Source: Saprospiraceae bacterium (GTDB lineage: Bacteria; Bacteroidota; Bacteroidia; Chitinophagales; Saprospiraceae). From it: a stretch of 64,000 nucleotides of DNA. The stretch spans positions 20,298 through 84,297 of the forward strand of contig JADJTQ010000010.1 of the NCBI GenBank assembly GCA_016711125.1. Direction: 5' to 3'. A model generated the notes under the pieces. The model made no database searches. It saw only the letters and a list, made by a program, of their open reading frames with translations, and was not told the DNA's origin. Numbering within the stretch: the stretch's first letter is position 1; the number at the start of each line of letters is the position of its first letter. This document shows, one piece after another, positions 9,744-20,885 of the stretch. A program made the position numbers and the translations under genes.

Positions 9744-10982
9744 CTACTGAAGGGCCTCTTCCAATCGATGTTTCCAATTTGGAAAGGGATCTACAATTCC
9801 CCTATCGGCATGTCTATGTACTACAGAATTAAAGTAATAGGGCAAATCAACGAGATTCGATTGATAATAGTTTTTATATTTTTCTCTACCCTGATCTCTC
9901 ACGATTCCGACTATTTCTTCAACTTTTTTCAGCTGCTGCTCCAAGGAACCACTGTCGTTGTCAAACGTCCAGACATAGGTGGCATGCGAATTAATGAGCT
10001 CCCAAATAAAATGATTCTTTTGATCACCTGCTACCACAAATAAAAATCCAAAGTGGGGAGCCAAAGTAATCAGTATTCGCTGATTTGACAATTGTTTTCG
10101 ACCAGCGAGATATTCCAATTGTTTGCGATTGCGTACGACGCCCAGGTCGGTGAGACTCTGGATAATATCCAATGCATTCTGATGAAAAAGATTAGCATCC
10201 GGCTCATCATAATATTCGTTAAAGATTTCATCCGAATTGAATAGATGTTTATCAATCGCAATCACTTTGGGTGCCTTTCTCAATCCCAGAATTCTGGTAT
10301 TCCGGAGAGTGCCAACCATCTTTTCGTTGATGAGATCAATCTGCTTTGAAGTACAGATTAATTTGCGAATCCGATCTTCATTTATAGTAAGTTTAACCAA
10401 TACATCTAATGTTTTCTTTCCTAAAGCCTTTGAAAAATAACCCTTGATAAATTCAAATTCAGGCAAGATGTGAGTGTTATCGATCCGTAATTCAACCGGT
10501 TCACCCAGGGCAGGTAAATCGGTCCAAAACTCAACTCCTCCCAGTACAAACTTTACTGAATTGAAGGAGACCTTTAGTTGATATTGATAATGTTGCACCT
10601 TTTGTCCAGGTATATACACCTCCTCGCTATCGATAATGTAGGGTAACAAGGCACTTTTCTTATAGGCTGATACAAACCCGGCAAAGTAATACCAGTTGAG
10701 TTTCTCAAATTCGATCGATCTCACACCTTGTTTTAGTTGTTGGGTATTAAATAAGTGTGTATCCATGGGAAAATAGTCAAGCACTCCAACTACCAAATGC
10801 TGCTGGTCTCGTTCATATGATTTAAGCTTAATCTTCCAGGAGTACTCTATTCCGGAATGAATCGTAAAATGCTCCGCTGGCAAGTTGGTATCAGTCCACT
10901 CCAAGACAAATCCTGGGGTGAGAGAGACACCCACCGATGACACGATAATGATGCGAGTCCGCTCTTGATTGTGGGTCATCAA
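9744..10982 (-). CDS. Hypothetical protein, 412 aa, no recognised domain.
   Basis: Long uninterrupted ORF with normal composition. I can recognise no motif. Confidence 0.6.
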   Translation of the reverse strand: MMTHNQERTRIIIVSSVGVSLTPGFVLEWTDTNLPAEHFTIHSGIEYSWKIKLKSYERDQQHLVVGVLDYFPMDTHLFNTQQLKQGVRSIEFEKLNWYYFAGFVSAYKKSALLPYIIDSEEVYIPGQKVQHYQYQLKVSFNSVKFVLGGVEFWTDLPALGEPVELRIDNTHILPEFEFIKGYFSKALGKKTLDVLVKLTINEDRIRKLICTSKQIDLINEKMVGTLRNTRILGLRKAPKVIAIDKHLFNSDEIFNEYYDEPDANLFHQNALDIIQSLTDLGVVRNRKQLEYLAGRKQLSNQRILITLAPHFGFLFVVAGDQKNHFIWELINSHATYVWTFDNDSGSLEQQLKKVEEIVGIVRDQGREKYKNYYQSNLVDLPYYFNSVVHRHADRGIVDPFPNWKHRLEEALQ

Positions 10983-11086
10983 ATGATATGTTTATACTCC
11001 AAATATAAGTGAATAACTCCTGTGAGGAGAGGCTGGTGGGACTTTCGACTTCTCCTGACGATCTCCTTTTCTTGGCGATCCGGCGA

Positions 11087-11287
11087 AATAGATCCGCCGC
11101 TACACTTTTGGGCATCCCGGCATCGGACATTCCGGCATCGGACATCGGACTTCGGACATTTCGGCTTCGGGCATCGGGCATCAGGCTGCGGACATCGGAC
11201 ATCGGACTTCGGACATCGTGCTTCGGACATCAGACATCGGGCATCGGACATTCCGGCATCCGGCATCGGGCTTCGGACATCGGACAA
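11087..11287. repeat. Conserved 21-mer followed by a 7-bp-periodic tract (catcgga / cttcgga, ~25 units).
   Basis: Read directly. The tract is stop-free in most frames and produces phantom ORFs 10891..11202, 10979..11308, 11009..11371 and 11022..11357. Confidence 0.9.
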
Positions 11288-11367
11288 CGTGCTTTGCCAT
11301 CCTTCCACAATTCCATCTTTCCATATCCCTACATTACTCTATTTTTACCGGATTTAATACTGATGTT

Positions 11368-12798
11368 ATGAACAGACCCAGTCCAGCAATGCCAACCTAC
11401 ACTCGTGAGGAGATCGACAATACTTTTATTATTCTAAAGGCCAACCAATTTGCGGTAGGATCAACGAATGCCCGTGAACGTATTGAAAAATTAAAAAAAT
11501 TTCACCGGATCTTTCTCCAATATCGTCAGGCCATTAAGGAGGCCATGTTTCTTGATTTTCGCAAGCATGCATTTGAAGTAGACCTCACAGAAATCTATAC
11601 AGTCACCAGCGAATTAAAACATACAAAAAGAAATTTACGGCGATGGATGGGCAAACACAGCACCCCAACTCCACTGGCACTTATCGGCTCCAGATCCTAT
11701 ATTCATTATGAAGCCAAGGGGGTGGTTTTGATCATTTCGCCCTGGAATTTTCCTGTGACCCTCACTTTTGGACCCTTGATAGCAGCTATTGCTGCTGGAA
11801 ACACCGTGATAGTAAAACCTTCTGAGCAAACACCAAATACGGCGCTTGTTATGCAACAAATTGTAGAAGAAGTATTTGAACCAGATGAGGTCGTCTTGTT
11901 GCAGGGCGGTATTGAGACTTCAAAAATTCTTTTGTCTTTACCTTTCAATCATATCTTTTTTACGGGGTCTTCGAGAGTAGGTAAAATTGTAATGGAATCA
12001 GCTGCAAAACATCTAACCAGCGTAACCCTCGAATTGGGAGGAAAGTCACCAACGATAGTTGACGAGACGGCAAATATTGACCAGGCAGCCCGGACCATCA
12101 CCTGGGTTAAGTGCATCAACAATGGTCAAATATGTATCGCACCGGATCATGTCTGGGTCTATGAAAAAGTCAAGGAAAAATTTATCATCTCGGTAAATCT
12201 ATATTTGAAAAAGTATTATAGCGAAGATGCTCACAAGGAACCATCCTACGCCCGGTTAGTCAATGAAAATCATTTCAAAAAGGTCAATGAGCTTTTTAAA
12301 AATGCGATCGAAAAAGGCGCTAAAGTAAGAGCAGGCGGCCAATCAAAAGGAGAAGAAAATTATATGGACCCTACTGTTCTGACCGACATTCCAGAAGGAA
12401 CCGATATTATGAAAGAAGAAATCTTTGGTCCGGTTTTACCGGTTCAATCATTTCAAAATATTTCCGAATTAATCACCCAACTCAATAAAAAAGAAAAACC
12501 TCTTGCTCTTTATATTTATAGCCGTAACCAAAAAAACATCCGTCAAATTATCGAAGGTACCCGGACCGGTGGCACTTGCATTAATAGCTGTGGTATTCAT
12601 TTCTTTAATAATAATCTGCCTTTTGGAGGTAGCAATTTTAGCGGCATAGGCAAAGGTCATGGTTGGTTTGGATTTGAGTCTTTTTCAAATGCCCGAGCGG
12701 TATATAACCAGTTCATGCCTAGTGCATTGGAAATACTTGTACCACCATATAATCGCTTCAAGCAAAGAATTATCGATTTGGCGATTAAATATTTGTAG
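11368..12798 (+). CDS. Aldehyde dehydrogenase (ALDH3-like family).
   Basis: ELGGKSP, NNGQICIAPDH (catalytic Cys context), EEIFGPVLP. The ORF-track start at 11218 lies in the repeat tract, so the first plausible ATG at 11368 (MNRPSPAMPTY) was chosen. Confidence 0.9.
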   Translation: MNRPSPAMPTYTREEIDNTFIILKANQFAVGSTNARERIEKLKKFHRIFLQYRQAIKEAMFLDFRKHAFEVDLTEIYTVTSELKHTKRNLRRWMGKHSTPTPLALIGSRSYIHYEAKGVVLIISPWNFPVTLTFGPLIAAIAAGNTVIVKPSEQTPNTALVMQQIVEEVFEPDEVVLLQGGIETSKILLSLPFNHIFFTGSSRVGKIVMESAAKHLTSVTLELGGKSPTIVDETANIDQAARTITWVKCINNGQICIAPDHVWVYEKVKEKFIISVNLYLKKYYSEDAHKEPSYARLVNENHFKKVNELFKNAIEKGAKVRAGGQSKGEENYMDPTVLTDIPEGTDIMKEEIFGPVLPVQSFQNISELITQLNKKEKPLALYIYSRNQKNIRQIIEGTRTGGTCINSCGIHFFNNNLPFGGSNFSGIGKGHGWFGFESFSNARAVYNQFMPSALEILVPPYNRFKQRIIDLAIKYL

Positions 12799-12883
12799 GG
12801 TTTCTCAGCGGTAGAAATTTTCCAGGTGAAGCTCGGGATTTAATTTTCCTGCTCTACATATTTCGGATAAAAGGCAGTTTTAT

Positions 12884-12922
12884 GCTCCATTCCATATTGC
12901 TCCATGCTCCATACTCCATGCT
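12884..12922. repeat. Short 7-bp-periodic tract (gctccat type).
   Basis: gctccat tccatat tgctccat gctccat actccat, between convergent genes. Confidence 0.6.
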
Positions 12923-12923
12923 A

Positions 12924-14357
12924 TTACGGCGTCGATGCTCCGATTTGTTTGGCCCAAATAACTAGTCCTCTGTCGTCATACAATTGAAGTCCAGCATTAT
13001 GATCATTGATGTCAAACAAAACAAAATGGTGCTTTTTAATGACGGTATCCATTTGCACTTGCTCATCATTCTCATCGGGTTCAAGATGACCTCCGCCACC
13101 ACCAGTCACCAAAAAATGTGTTTTTTGATTGCCATACATTTTTTTCAGGAATTCGAAATCATGGCAAAGTCCCGATACCACAAAATCAATTCGGGATTGC
13201 TCCGCAAACGTATCTACAAATGAGCGGATAAAATCATCACCCTGGTAGCCAGGCCGTCCCTGAGCATAGGGCGGTTGGTGCACCAATATAAAACGCCAGG
13301 TAGCTTGCTGCCAACTGGGAGAATTCATGATATTTAACGCCCATTGATATTGAACTGAATCTAAACCCATGGGAAAAGAACCATTCGGATCTAACGCCAT
13401 AAAAATAGCCGGACCAGCTGACCAGGTGGTATAGGTAGACTGTTTTTTATTAGTAAAATGTCTCAGATAATTCTGAGGAATCAGGTCATCATAGTATCCA
13501 TTGTAATCATGAGCTCCTGTTAAGGGAAAGATTTGTACCCGTTTTTCAATTAACGGTATGAGGCATGTCAAAAAGGAATACCACTGGGCGGTACTACTGC
13601 CATCCACCACAAGATCACCCAATCCTATACTAAAATCCAACCTGGGAATATTTAACATGAGATTACACAAAGATTGAAAAGTATCCCAACCGCCCTGGCT
13701 ATCTCCCCAACAAGTAAATCTGACAGATTGCTGTCCTTGGACTACAAATCCGTCAATGGGTAAAAAAACATCTGATCGATAGAGGTCTGATAAATAAATC
13801 TCCTCCAACTGTAGCAACACATTATTTTGCTCTGACCAAATCAAATCCAGGCTATCGCGATTTTTCCATTGGACCTTTTTCAGACCACCCTGTGTGCCAT
13901 TGTTCAGAACGCGGATTTTCAGCCAGCAACTGTCGTCATTTTCAGGTAATTGATAGTAATATCCATTAAAGGCAGGATAAGCTGTGTCATCATAAAAGAT
14001 CTGAGCTCCATCATCGGCCTCGACGAAGAGATAATGATCAGCAGAACTCTTCATTTTTGCTACATACCACATGGCCTGATCTGCCAACAATACCCTATGG
14101 GGCAAGATGACCTTTGGCCAATCATCTGACGGTGTAGGTGTCCTGTCAACTTCCAGCTGTTTCATGCGACAGGTGTCCCACTGCCACACCTCAGGCAATG
14201 AGACAGATGAAATTTTACCCTCAGACTGACATCCTCCCATTAAGCAGGGTATGGCCATCAGCATGGCAGTTAATCTTGCCAGGAGAGGTCTTAACGCCCA
14301 TATTTTGCAAACGATAACTCTCACTTTTTCTTTCATACTACGGACAATGCTCATCAT
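12924..14357 (-). CDS. Metallophosphoesterase (calcineurin-like) lipoprotein.
   Basis: GDLVVDG, TGAHDYNG and VTGGGGGH motifs. Lipobox LMGGC. Confidence 0.75.
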   Translation of the reverse strand: MMSIVRSMKEKVRVIVCKIWALRPLLARLTAMLMAIPCLMGGCQSEGKISSVSLPEVWQWDTCRMKQLEVDRTPTPSDDWPKVILPHRVLLADQAMWYVAKMKSSADHYLFVEADDGAQIFYDDTAYPAFNGYYYQLPENDDSCWLKIRVLNNGTQGGLKKVQWKNRDSLDLIWSEQNNVLLQLEEIYLSDLYRSDVFLPIDGFVVQGQQSVRFTCWGDSQGGWDTFQSLCNLMLNIPRLDFSIGLGDLVVDGSSTAQWYSFLTCLIPLIEKRVQIFPLTGAHDYNGYYDDLIPQNYLRHFTNKKQSTYTTWSAGPAIFMALDPNGSFPMGLDSVQYQWALNIMNSPSWQQATWRFILVHQPPYAQGRPGYQGDDFIRSFVDTFAEQSRIDFVVSGLCHDFEFLKKMYGNQKTHFLVTGGGGGHLEPDENDEQVQMDTVIKKHHFVLFDINDHNAGLQLYDDRGLVIWAKQIGASTP

Positions 14358-14653
14358 GAAGTACCATCGAGATACTCACTTAAACTTGATCAAGGTCATC
14401 TTGGCTGTCTGAAATTCGAATGTTCGCCGATCATTTTGTAATAATAGAGCCAAATAGTTTTGTTTCCTAATTTTTAGGAGTATTCGATCGGAGATCGAAA
14501 GGAGTTTCCCGTCCACGAACAGCAGGCACTATTAGGACGCCCAAAAATCAAATGCGTCATGGAGTTCAACAGATTAGTCAATCAGCTCCGCATCTGCCAG
14601 CACAGTACAATCAGTAAAATCCTGCGGGTCCATCCCGCCGACACTGACAGATC

Positions 14654-17088
14654 CTATTCTTCCAAAAGGCTCTTCCGCTGGCTCTTAGTCTGATTTAATC
14701 GAAATACAAGGGTTAGGTTAATTTGACGTGCTCTTCGGCCAGATTCAGCTTCTGTGTAAAAATTATTTCCTTCGGTAATCGTGCGACTAAAGCGCGTATT
14801 AAATACGTCGATTACATTGAAAGCCAGGGTTCCCTTTTCTTGCCATAAATCTTTAGTAAAAGAGAGATCAGCAAAAGCTCTTGACTTACTTCGTCCTTGC
14901 GGTAAGTCCTGAGGAGCTTCATAGTTCAGACGTAATTGCAGGTCCGATCCTGGCATAACGTTAAACCTGGACGTGAGTCTGGTAAACCAACTGTAAGTGT
15001 CTGCTTTAAAATCCTGATCCAAATTAGAACCATCGGTGATTGCCTTAAAAAAATTGATATTCCAGTCCGATTTCCACCATTTATACAAGAATATCGAAGC
15101 AATAAATTCCAAACCATAAGCATCTTCTACTGCCAGATTTTCCGGTTTCAATGTTGAAAAACCCTGATCATCTACTCTACGGATTTGAAGGATCCTATCG
15201 ATAGTGTGCCTGTAATACAACGAGGAACTAATAGAGCCTTTTTCAAAATAATGAATATATCCCAGGTCATAAGCATTGGCAAATTCAGGATCGAGATCGG
15301 GATTGCCCGAGAAGAAATTCCGCTGATCTGAGAAGGTCACATAAGGACTCAGGTCGCGGTACACCGGTCGTCTCACACGGCGACTATAACTCCATTGGAG
15401 TGCATGGGAAGAAGTTAAATTGTAGGTAAAATGAAAGCTGGGAAAAAGATTGGAATACTTTCTCGGATTTGATTCATTCGTCTCTTGCAAGATGGTTGTC
15501 ACATCGGTAATTTCTGCCCTTAAGCCCGCCTGATAGCTGATTTTTTTTGATTTATTTCCTAAAATTCCATAAAATCCATGGATGTTTTCTTCATAAATAA
15601 AAATATTATCCAAACCCGGGATAGGAATAAACGAACCGTTTTCATCCGCTTCAGATACCAGATAATCATTTTTCATATCCCGGATACTGCTGCGGACTCC
15701 CAACTCAAACTTGCCTTCCCTTCCAATAGGATGTACATAATCTAATTGAAAAATATATTGTTTTTCAAATTCATCATTAAAAGAACTCTGTAGCAGATTG
15801 CCTATCGCATTAGGGGATCCATCGGCAAAAACACTATTTTGGGTGAACAACTGATCGGAAATTTCATCATAGGTTAGATACCGTGCGTCAAATAATAATT
15901 CCTGACCTTTTTCTTGTAGTTTTTCTTATAGGTAACTGCCAATTCGGAATAAGGCTCATGTTCATCTTCATCCTGCATTCGTTCAGTGACAGAAAACAGG
16001 TTATGCCGGTCATTAATAAAGTCCTTGTACACCAAATTGCGAATACGGTTTACATCAGTGCGTCGGTATTGATATGAGGCCGTTAGAATATTTTGTTCAT
16101 CAAAAAAATAATCTGTTCCTATCCGAATAGTATTGGCCAGCGTTCTTGTGTCACTTTCAGATGTTTGATCCGAAATCAACGTGGTGTCGTCAGTGTGCAC
16201 TTCCTGGTTCAAATTTCCAGCATTAAAAGGCACCCGGTAAGCCAGACTATAATTCAGAAAAAAATTCAACCGGTTCTTCCGGTAATTGAGTATCGCACCA
16301 ACACCATAGTTCGGCCGATGGCCCCCAAGTAATTCAAAAGAACCATTTACTCCTTCCCTCCGCTCCTTTTTCAATACAATATTAATGATGCCGGCCATGC
16401 CCTCCGCTTCGTAACGAGCTGATGGGTTGGTAATTACTTCCACTTTCTCTATCTGATTGGATTGTAATTGCTGAAGACCTGCACTACCCTGAAAACTGAC
16501 CATTCCCGAAGGCTTACCATCGACTAAAATTCGCACATTGCTGCTACCTCGTAGCTTGACATTTCCCTCAACATCTACAGAAACGGATGGGATATTACCC
16601 AGAATATCTACAGCTGTTCCTCCCGCATTCGAAAGGTCTTTCCCAACATTAAAAACTTTTTTATCCAGTTCAATTTCAAGAGAACTACGCTCTGCCTGAA
16701 CAAGTACCTCGTCTAGATTTTGAGAAGAACTGCCGAGTAAAACATCTTCGATGACCAATTTTTTATGCTGGTCATCTGCCGTAACTAAGCCGGTCTTCAA
16801 AGGTTCATAACCAATGAATTCGATCAGCAAATAATATCGATCATAAGGCAGTGTGAGGGTATAAACACCTTTCTCATCGGTAATCGAACCGGTGATCAGA
16901 GTCGAATCTTCATGCCGATATGCGCTGACAGTGGCGTAGTCAAGTGCTGCACGCGAAGTACCATCAAGCACTTTGCCTGTAACCATACTAACCTGGTCTG
17001 GCTGTGCCTGTGATATCAACACTTGCATAAGAAGACCAAAAATCAAAAATAATCTACGCTGTCCCATCCTTGCTTTATTCATAATCAA
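14654..17088 (-). CDS. TonB-dependent receptor with a carboxypeptidase-regulatory-like N-domain. The frame is broken as sequenced.
   Basis: ORFs 15874..17088 and 14654..15850 join as ...YKKKGQELLFDARYLTYDEISDQLFTQ... if the T5 run at 15908-15912 gains one base. Plug and barrel motifs are present and the C-terminus is aromatic-rich. Confidence 0.85.
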
Positions 17089-17745
17089 GTGTACCCAATG
17101 ATAAACATATCCGTCAGCAGAACGAGTGGATCGATTTTGATCTTATAGCACCACGAACATAGGAAAGAAGCCGCGTTTAAACAAATGCATGTGATTAAGG
17201 TCATCCATTACTATGGTAAATAATTAAGTGGTTGATTAGTTAAGTAGTCAAGTGGTTGAATGAACTCTTGAAACCTCATGATCTTCATTGACAGTTTTCA
17301 CTAAACTACTAAACCAAAGTGTTAATAACTATGGGTCGATACCATGTTAAGTGGCATCCAATTTTTTCATAGATACGGTATCCCATTTAAATATTCACCA
17401 GGTACCCTTCCGATCGTTATATGACTTCCCACCTGTGGTAGCGACAGTAATGGAACCAAGGGCAACGATGGAAGAGTCGCGTAATTTTATTTCTAAAATG
17501 AAGACGTAACCGTGCTTCTGATGGAGGATGATTCGACCTGTAATAACCCTCATGCACCTTTCAAATAAGGAAACCGGACACGAATTCCTGGCATTAAATA
17601 TTTGAAGAAAATTTTACATTCGCATGACATTGTGGAATTTTGTATTTACATTTAACTGGTGCGAACGCGCTAAAATTTCCCGATAGAAACAACGACCAAA
17701 TATACTCCGACCTCTAGATGTATTCACTAATCTAACTACAAACAA

Positions 17746-20700
17746 ATGAAACTAAATGAGTCCCATGCTTTGCGGTTGTTCCCATTGCGGACCCCGATAA
17801 AGGCTTTTCTTTTGCAGTTTTTCATATGCTTTGCATTCATCAGCTAGTCGGCCAGACCGTAGTAACCGGTACGGTCAGCGACGAAGACGATGAGCCACTA
17901 GTAGGTGTCAATGTGCTTTTGAAAGGGACCACTAAAGGTACTGTGACCGATCTTGGAGGTCTTTATACCATTACTACTGAAGGGCCGGAGACCGTGTTGC
18001 AGTTTAGCTATATCGGCCATGAATCTCAAGAAGAAGTCGTCGGAACCCGAGGGCAGATCAATATCACATTATTGCCAGATGCTAAGACTTTGAGCGAAAT
18101 TACGGTAGTAGGATATGGCTCTCAACGACGCTCAGATCTCACTGGAGCCATCACATCCATACGTGCAGAAGAAATTTCTTCCTTTCCGATTGCAAGAGTT
18201 GATCAGGCATTGCAAGGAAAGTCAAGCGGCGTTTATGTTCTCAACACAGACGGCTCTCCTGGTGGAAATGCTTTGATTCGCATTAGAGGTAGTAATTCGA
18301 TTAACGGGGGAAATGAACCATTGGTGGTGATCGATGGATTGCAGGGTGGAAATCTAAACTCTCTAAATCCCAACGACATTCAATCCATAGAAATATTAAA
18401 GGATGCATCCGCCACCGCCATTTATGGTTCGAGAGGTGCAAACGGTGTCATCCTTGTAACGACGAAATTGGGCAGGGAAGGAAAGCCAGTGATCGATGCC
18501 GGATATAATGTCGGGTTTCAATCCTTGCTCCGAAAGCTTCCTGTCATGAATGCTGGAGAATATGCCAGACTATATAATTTGATCAGGTCAACTCAAACCG
18601 GAGATGGAAATGTACCGGTACCGGTTTTTACGGACCAGCAAATCGCTGGTTTTGATGCGAATGGTGGCACCGATTGGCAAGATGTAGTTTATGAGATCGG
18701 CGTCATCCAGAATGCACAACTCGGAATGAGTGGTGGATCAAAAAATCTTAAATATTTAATCTCCGGAAACTATCTGAATCATCAAGGCATTCTAATCAAT
18801 TCCGGGTACACGCGAGCCTCTCTGAGGGCCAATCTTACTGCTGAAATCTCAAAAGCGGTAGAATTTGGAATCAATTGGAATTTTACCAAAGAGAATGCAA
18901 CATCCCCTTCCTTTAAGCGGGAGGTGGCATTTGTGGAACAAGTCGTCAACATTGCTCCACGTTGGGCTCCAACAGAGCCCGTATACAACGAGGATGGGTC
19001 TTACTTCAGGCATCGCAGTTATGGCGCCAGTGACACCTGGAATCCCTTAGCTTCCGCCGTTGAACCGAAGCATGACAATCCCCTGAGTCGCAACAATGCG
19101 AGCATGTATTTAGACTTCAAGTTGTTAGATGGATTGAGTTTTCGGGTTGTGGGTGGAGCACTGTTGGAAGATGCCTTCCGGAGAGAATATCAAAATCAGA
19201 AGACACTTACTGGTTTACAAAATAATGGGCGAGGAATTGTGAGCGAGTCGATCTCTCAGCGCTATCAAAATTCTAATATTCTTACTTACGATAAAACTTG
19301 GAGCCAACACCACTTCACTTTTACCGGCCTGTTTGAACAAATTTGGGAGGAATATGAAGAAAATGGCACCAATGCAACAAATTTTCTCGTGGACGACCTT
19401 GGATACGACAATCTTGGTGGTGCCACATCGCTGAATGTTTGGTCAGTGCATAACAAACGTGCACTAAGCTCCTATATGGGGAGAATCAACTATGTATTGG
19501 CAGACAAATATCTTCTTACGGCAAGTTTTAGGGCAGATGCTTCATCCGTTTTTGGAGATGATCATAAGTGGGGATACTTCCCATCCGCTTCGGTGGCTTG
19601 GAGGCTTTCTGAAGAGTCCTTCATGCAAGAACTTGGTAGTTTTGACCTAAAGATTAGGGCAAGTTGGGGAAAGACCGGCAATCAAGGTATCAGTCCCTAC
19701 CAATCGCTGGCCAGGCTTTCATCCGGAGGAGATCTGCTATATCCATCTGATGGAGGAACTACAACAAACATTGGTTTTGGCATCGGAGGGCTGGCGAATC
19801 CCGACCTCAGATGGGAAACTACTACCCAAACGAATTTAGGTGTTGACCTTTCTTTTTACGGAGGAAGACTTACATCGACGATAGACATCTACAAGAAGGT
19901 TACAGACGATCTCCTGATGCCAAGAGAACTTCCCGGCTATGTGGGAGTTCCCAGTGTCCTGGACAACATCGGATCTGTGGAGAATAAAGGCTTAGAATTG
20001 ACAGTAGGTGGAGACCCAATTATTGGGGACTTTTCCTGGAATACTTCCGTTAATCTCACCATCAACAGAAATAAGGTCCTGGACCTGGGCGCAGATGATC
20101 GAATCGCTTTTAATACTACACGGGGTGGTTACAATCTACGCGATTTTATGGTGCTGCAGGTTGGGGAGTCATTTGGCACCATGACGGGTTATGTCTTTGA
20201 GGGCATTTGGGGCACATCAGAGGCGGAAGAAGCACGTAGTTATGGACAACTCCCCGGTATGGCAAAATATAAAGATATCGATGGGGATGGAGATGTGGAT
20301 CTTGATGATCGAACCATTATCGGTAATGGATACCCGGACTATTCACTGGGGTGGACCAACAGTTTCAATTACAAGGGCTGGGGCTTTTCATTTATGATTC
20401 TCAGCTTCCAGGGTGTAGACCTCTTCAATCAACTTCGAATCCGAAGAGAAGTGCAGTGGGAAGGCAACGATCCAAGAATGCTTAACTACTGGACTCCTGA
20501 AAATCAAAATACCGATATGCCCGGCTATCTGGATCAAAAATATGTGCAGGATCAACAGCTCAAAAACAAATATTTCCTGGATGGTAATGAATCTTCCCGA
20601 TATGTTGAAGATGCCTCCTTTATTCGGTTGAAGACTGTACAACTTTCGCACAATTTTAACCAGCCATGGCTAACCAAATCTGGCATCCGGCATCTCAGGG

Positions 20701-20858
20701 TCTTCGCGAGTGCCACAAACCCTTTCACTATCACAGACTACACGGGCTATGATCCAGAAGTAGCGGCATTCCCAGAAAATGATGCAAACGTAGGGGTGGA
20801 CTTTAGTGCATATCCTCCCTCCAAAACGTATACTGTAGGAGTTGAAGTCAGTTTTTGA
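17746..20858 (+). CDS. SusC/RagA-family TonB-linked outer membrane protein. The N-terminal signal is in another frame as sequenced.
   Basis: VVGYGSQRRSDLTGAI and the typical SusC N-domain. ATG 17746 gives MKLNESHALRLFPLRTPIKAFLLQFFICFAFI, then a 1-nt frame change somewhere in 17760-17846 joins QLVGQTVVTGTV. Confidence 0.88.
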
Positions 20859-20885
20859 TTAATTAGTCTTATCACATACTTACCA

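Noticed and set aside
10891-11371. Four overlapping ORFs on both strands (10891..11202, 10979..11308, 11009..11371, 11022..11357), and the N-terminal 50 codons of 11218..12798.
   Set aside because: All lie in the catcgga/cttcgga heptad tract. Their low-complexity translations (SDIGHRTSD...) are mutually exclusive. The real ALDH starts at ATG 11368.
17089-17745. A riboswitch or small RNA in the long gap between the divergent TonB-dependent receptor genes.
   Set aside because: I could not recognise any cobalamin, TPP or other conserved riboswitch core by eye. A covariance-model scan (Rfam/Infernal) would be needed.
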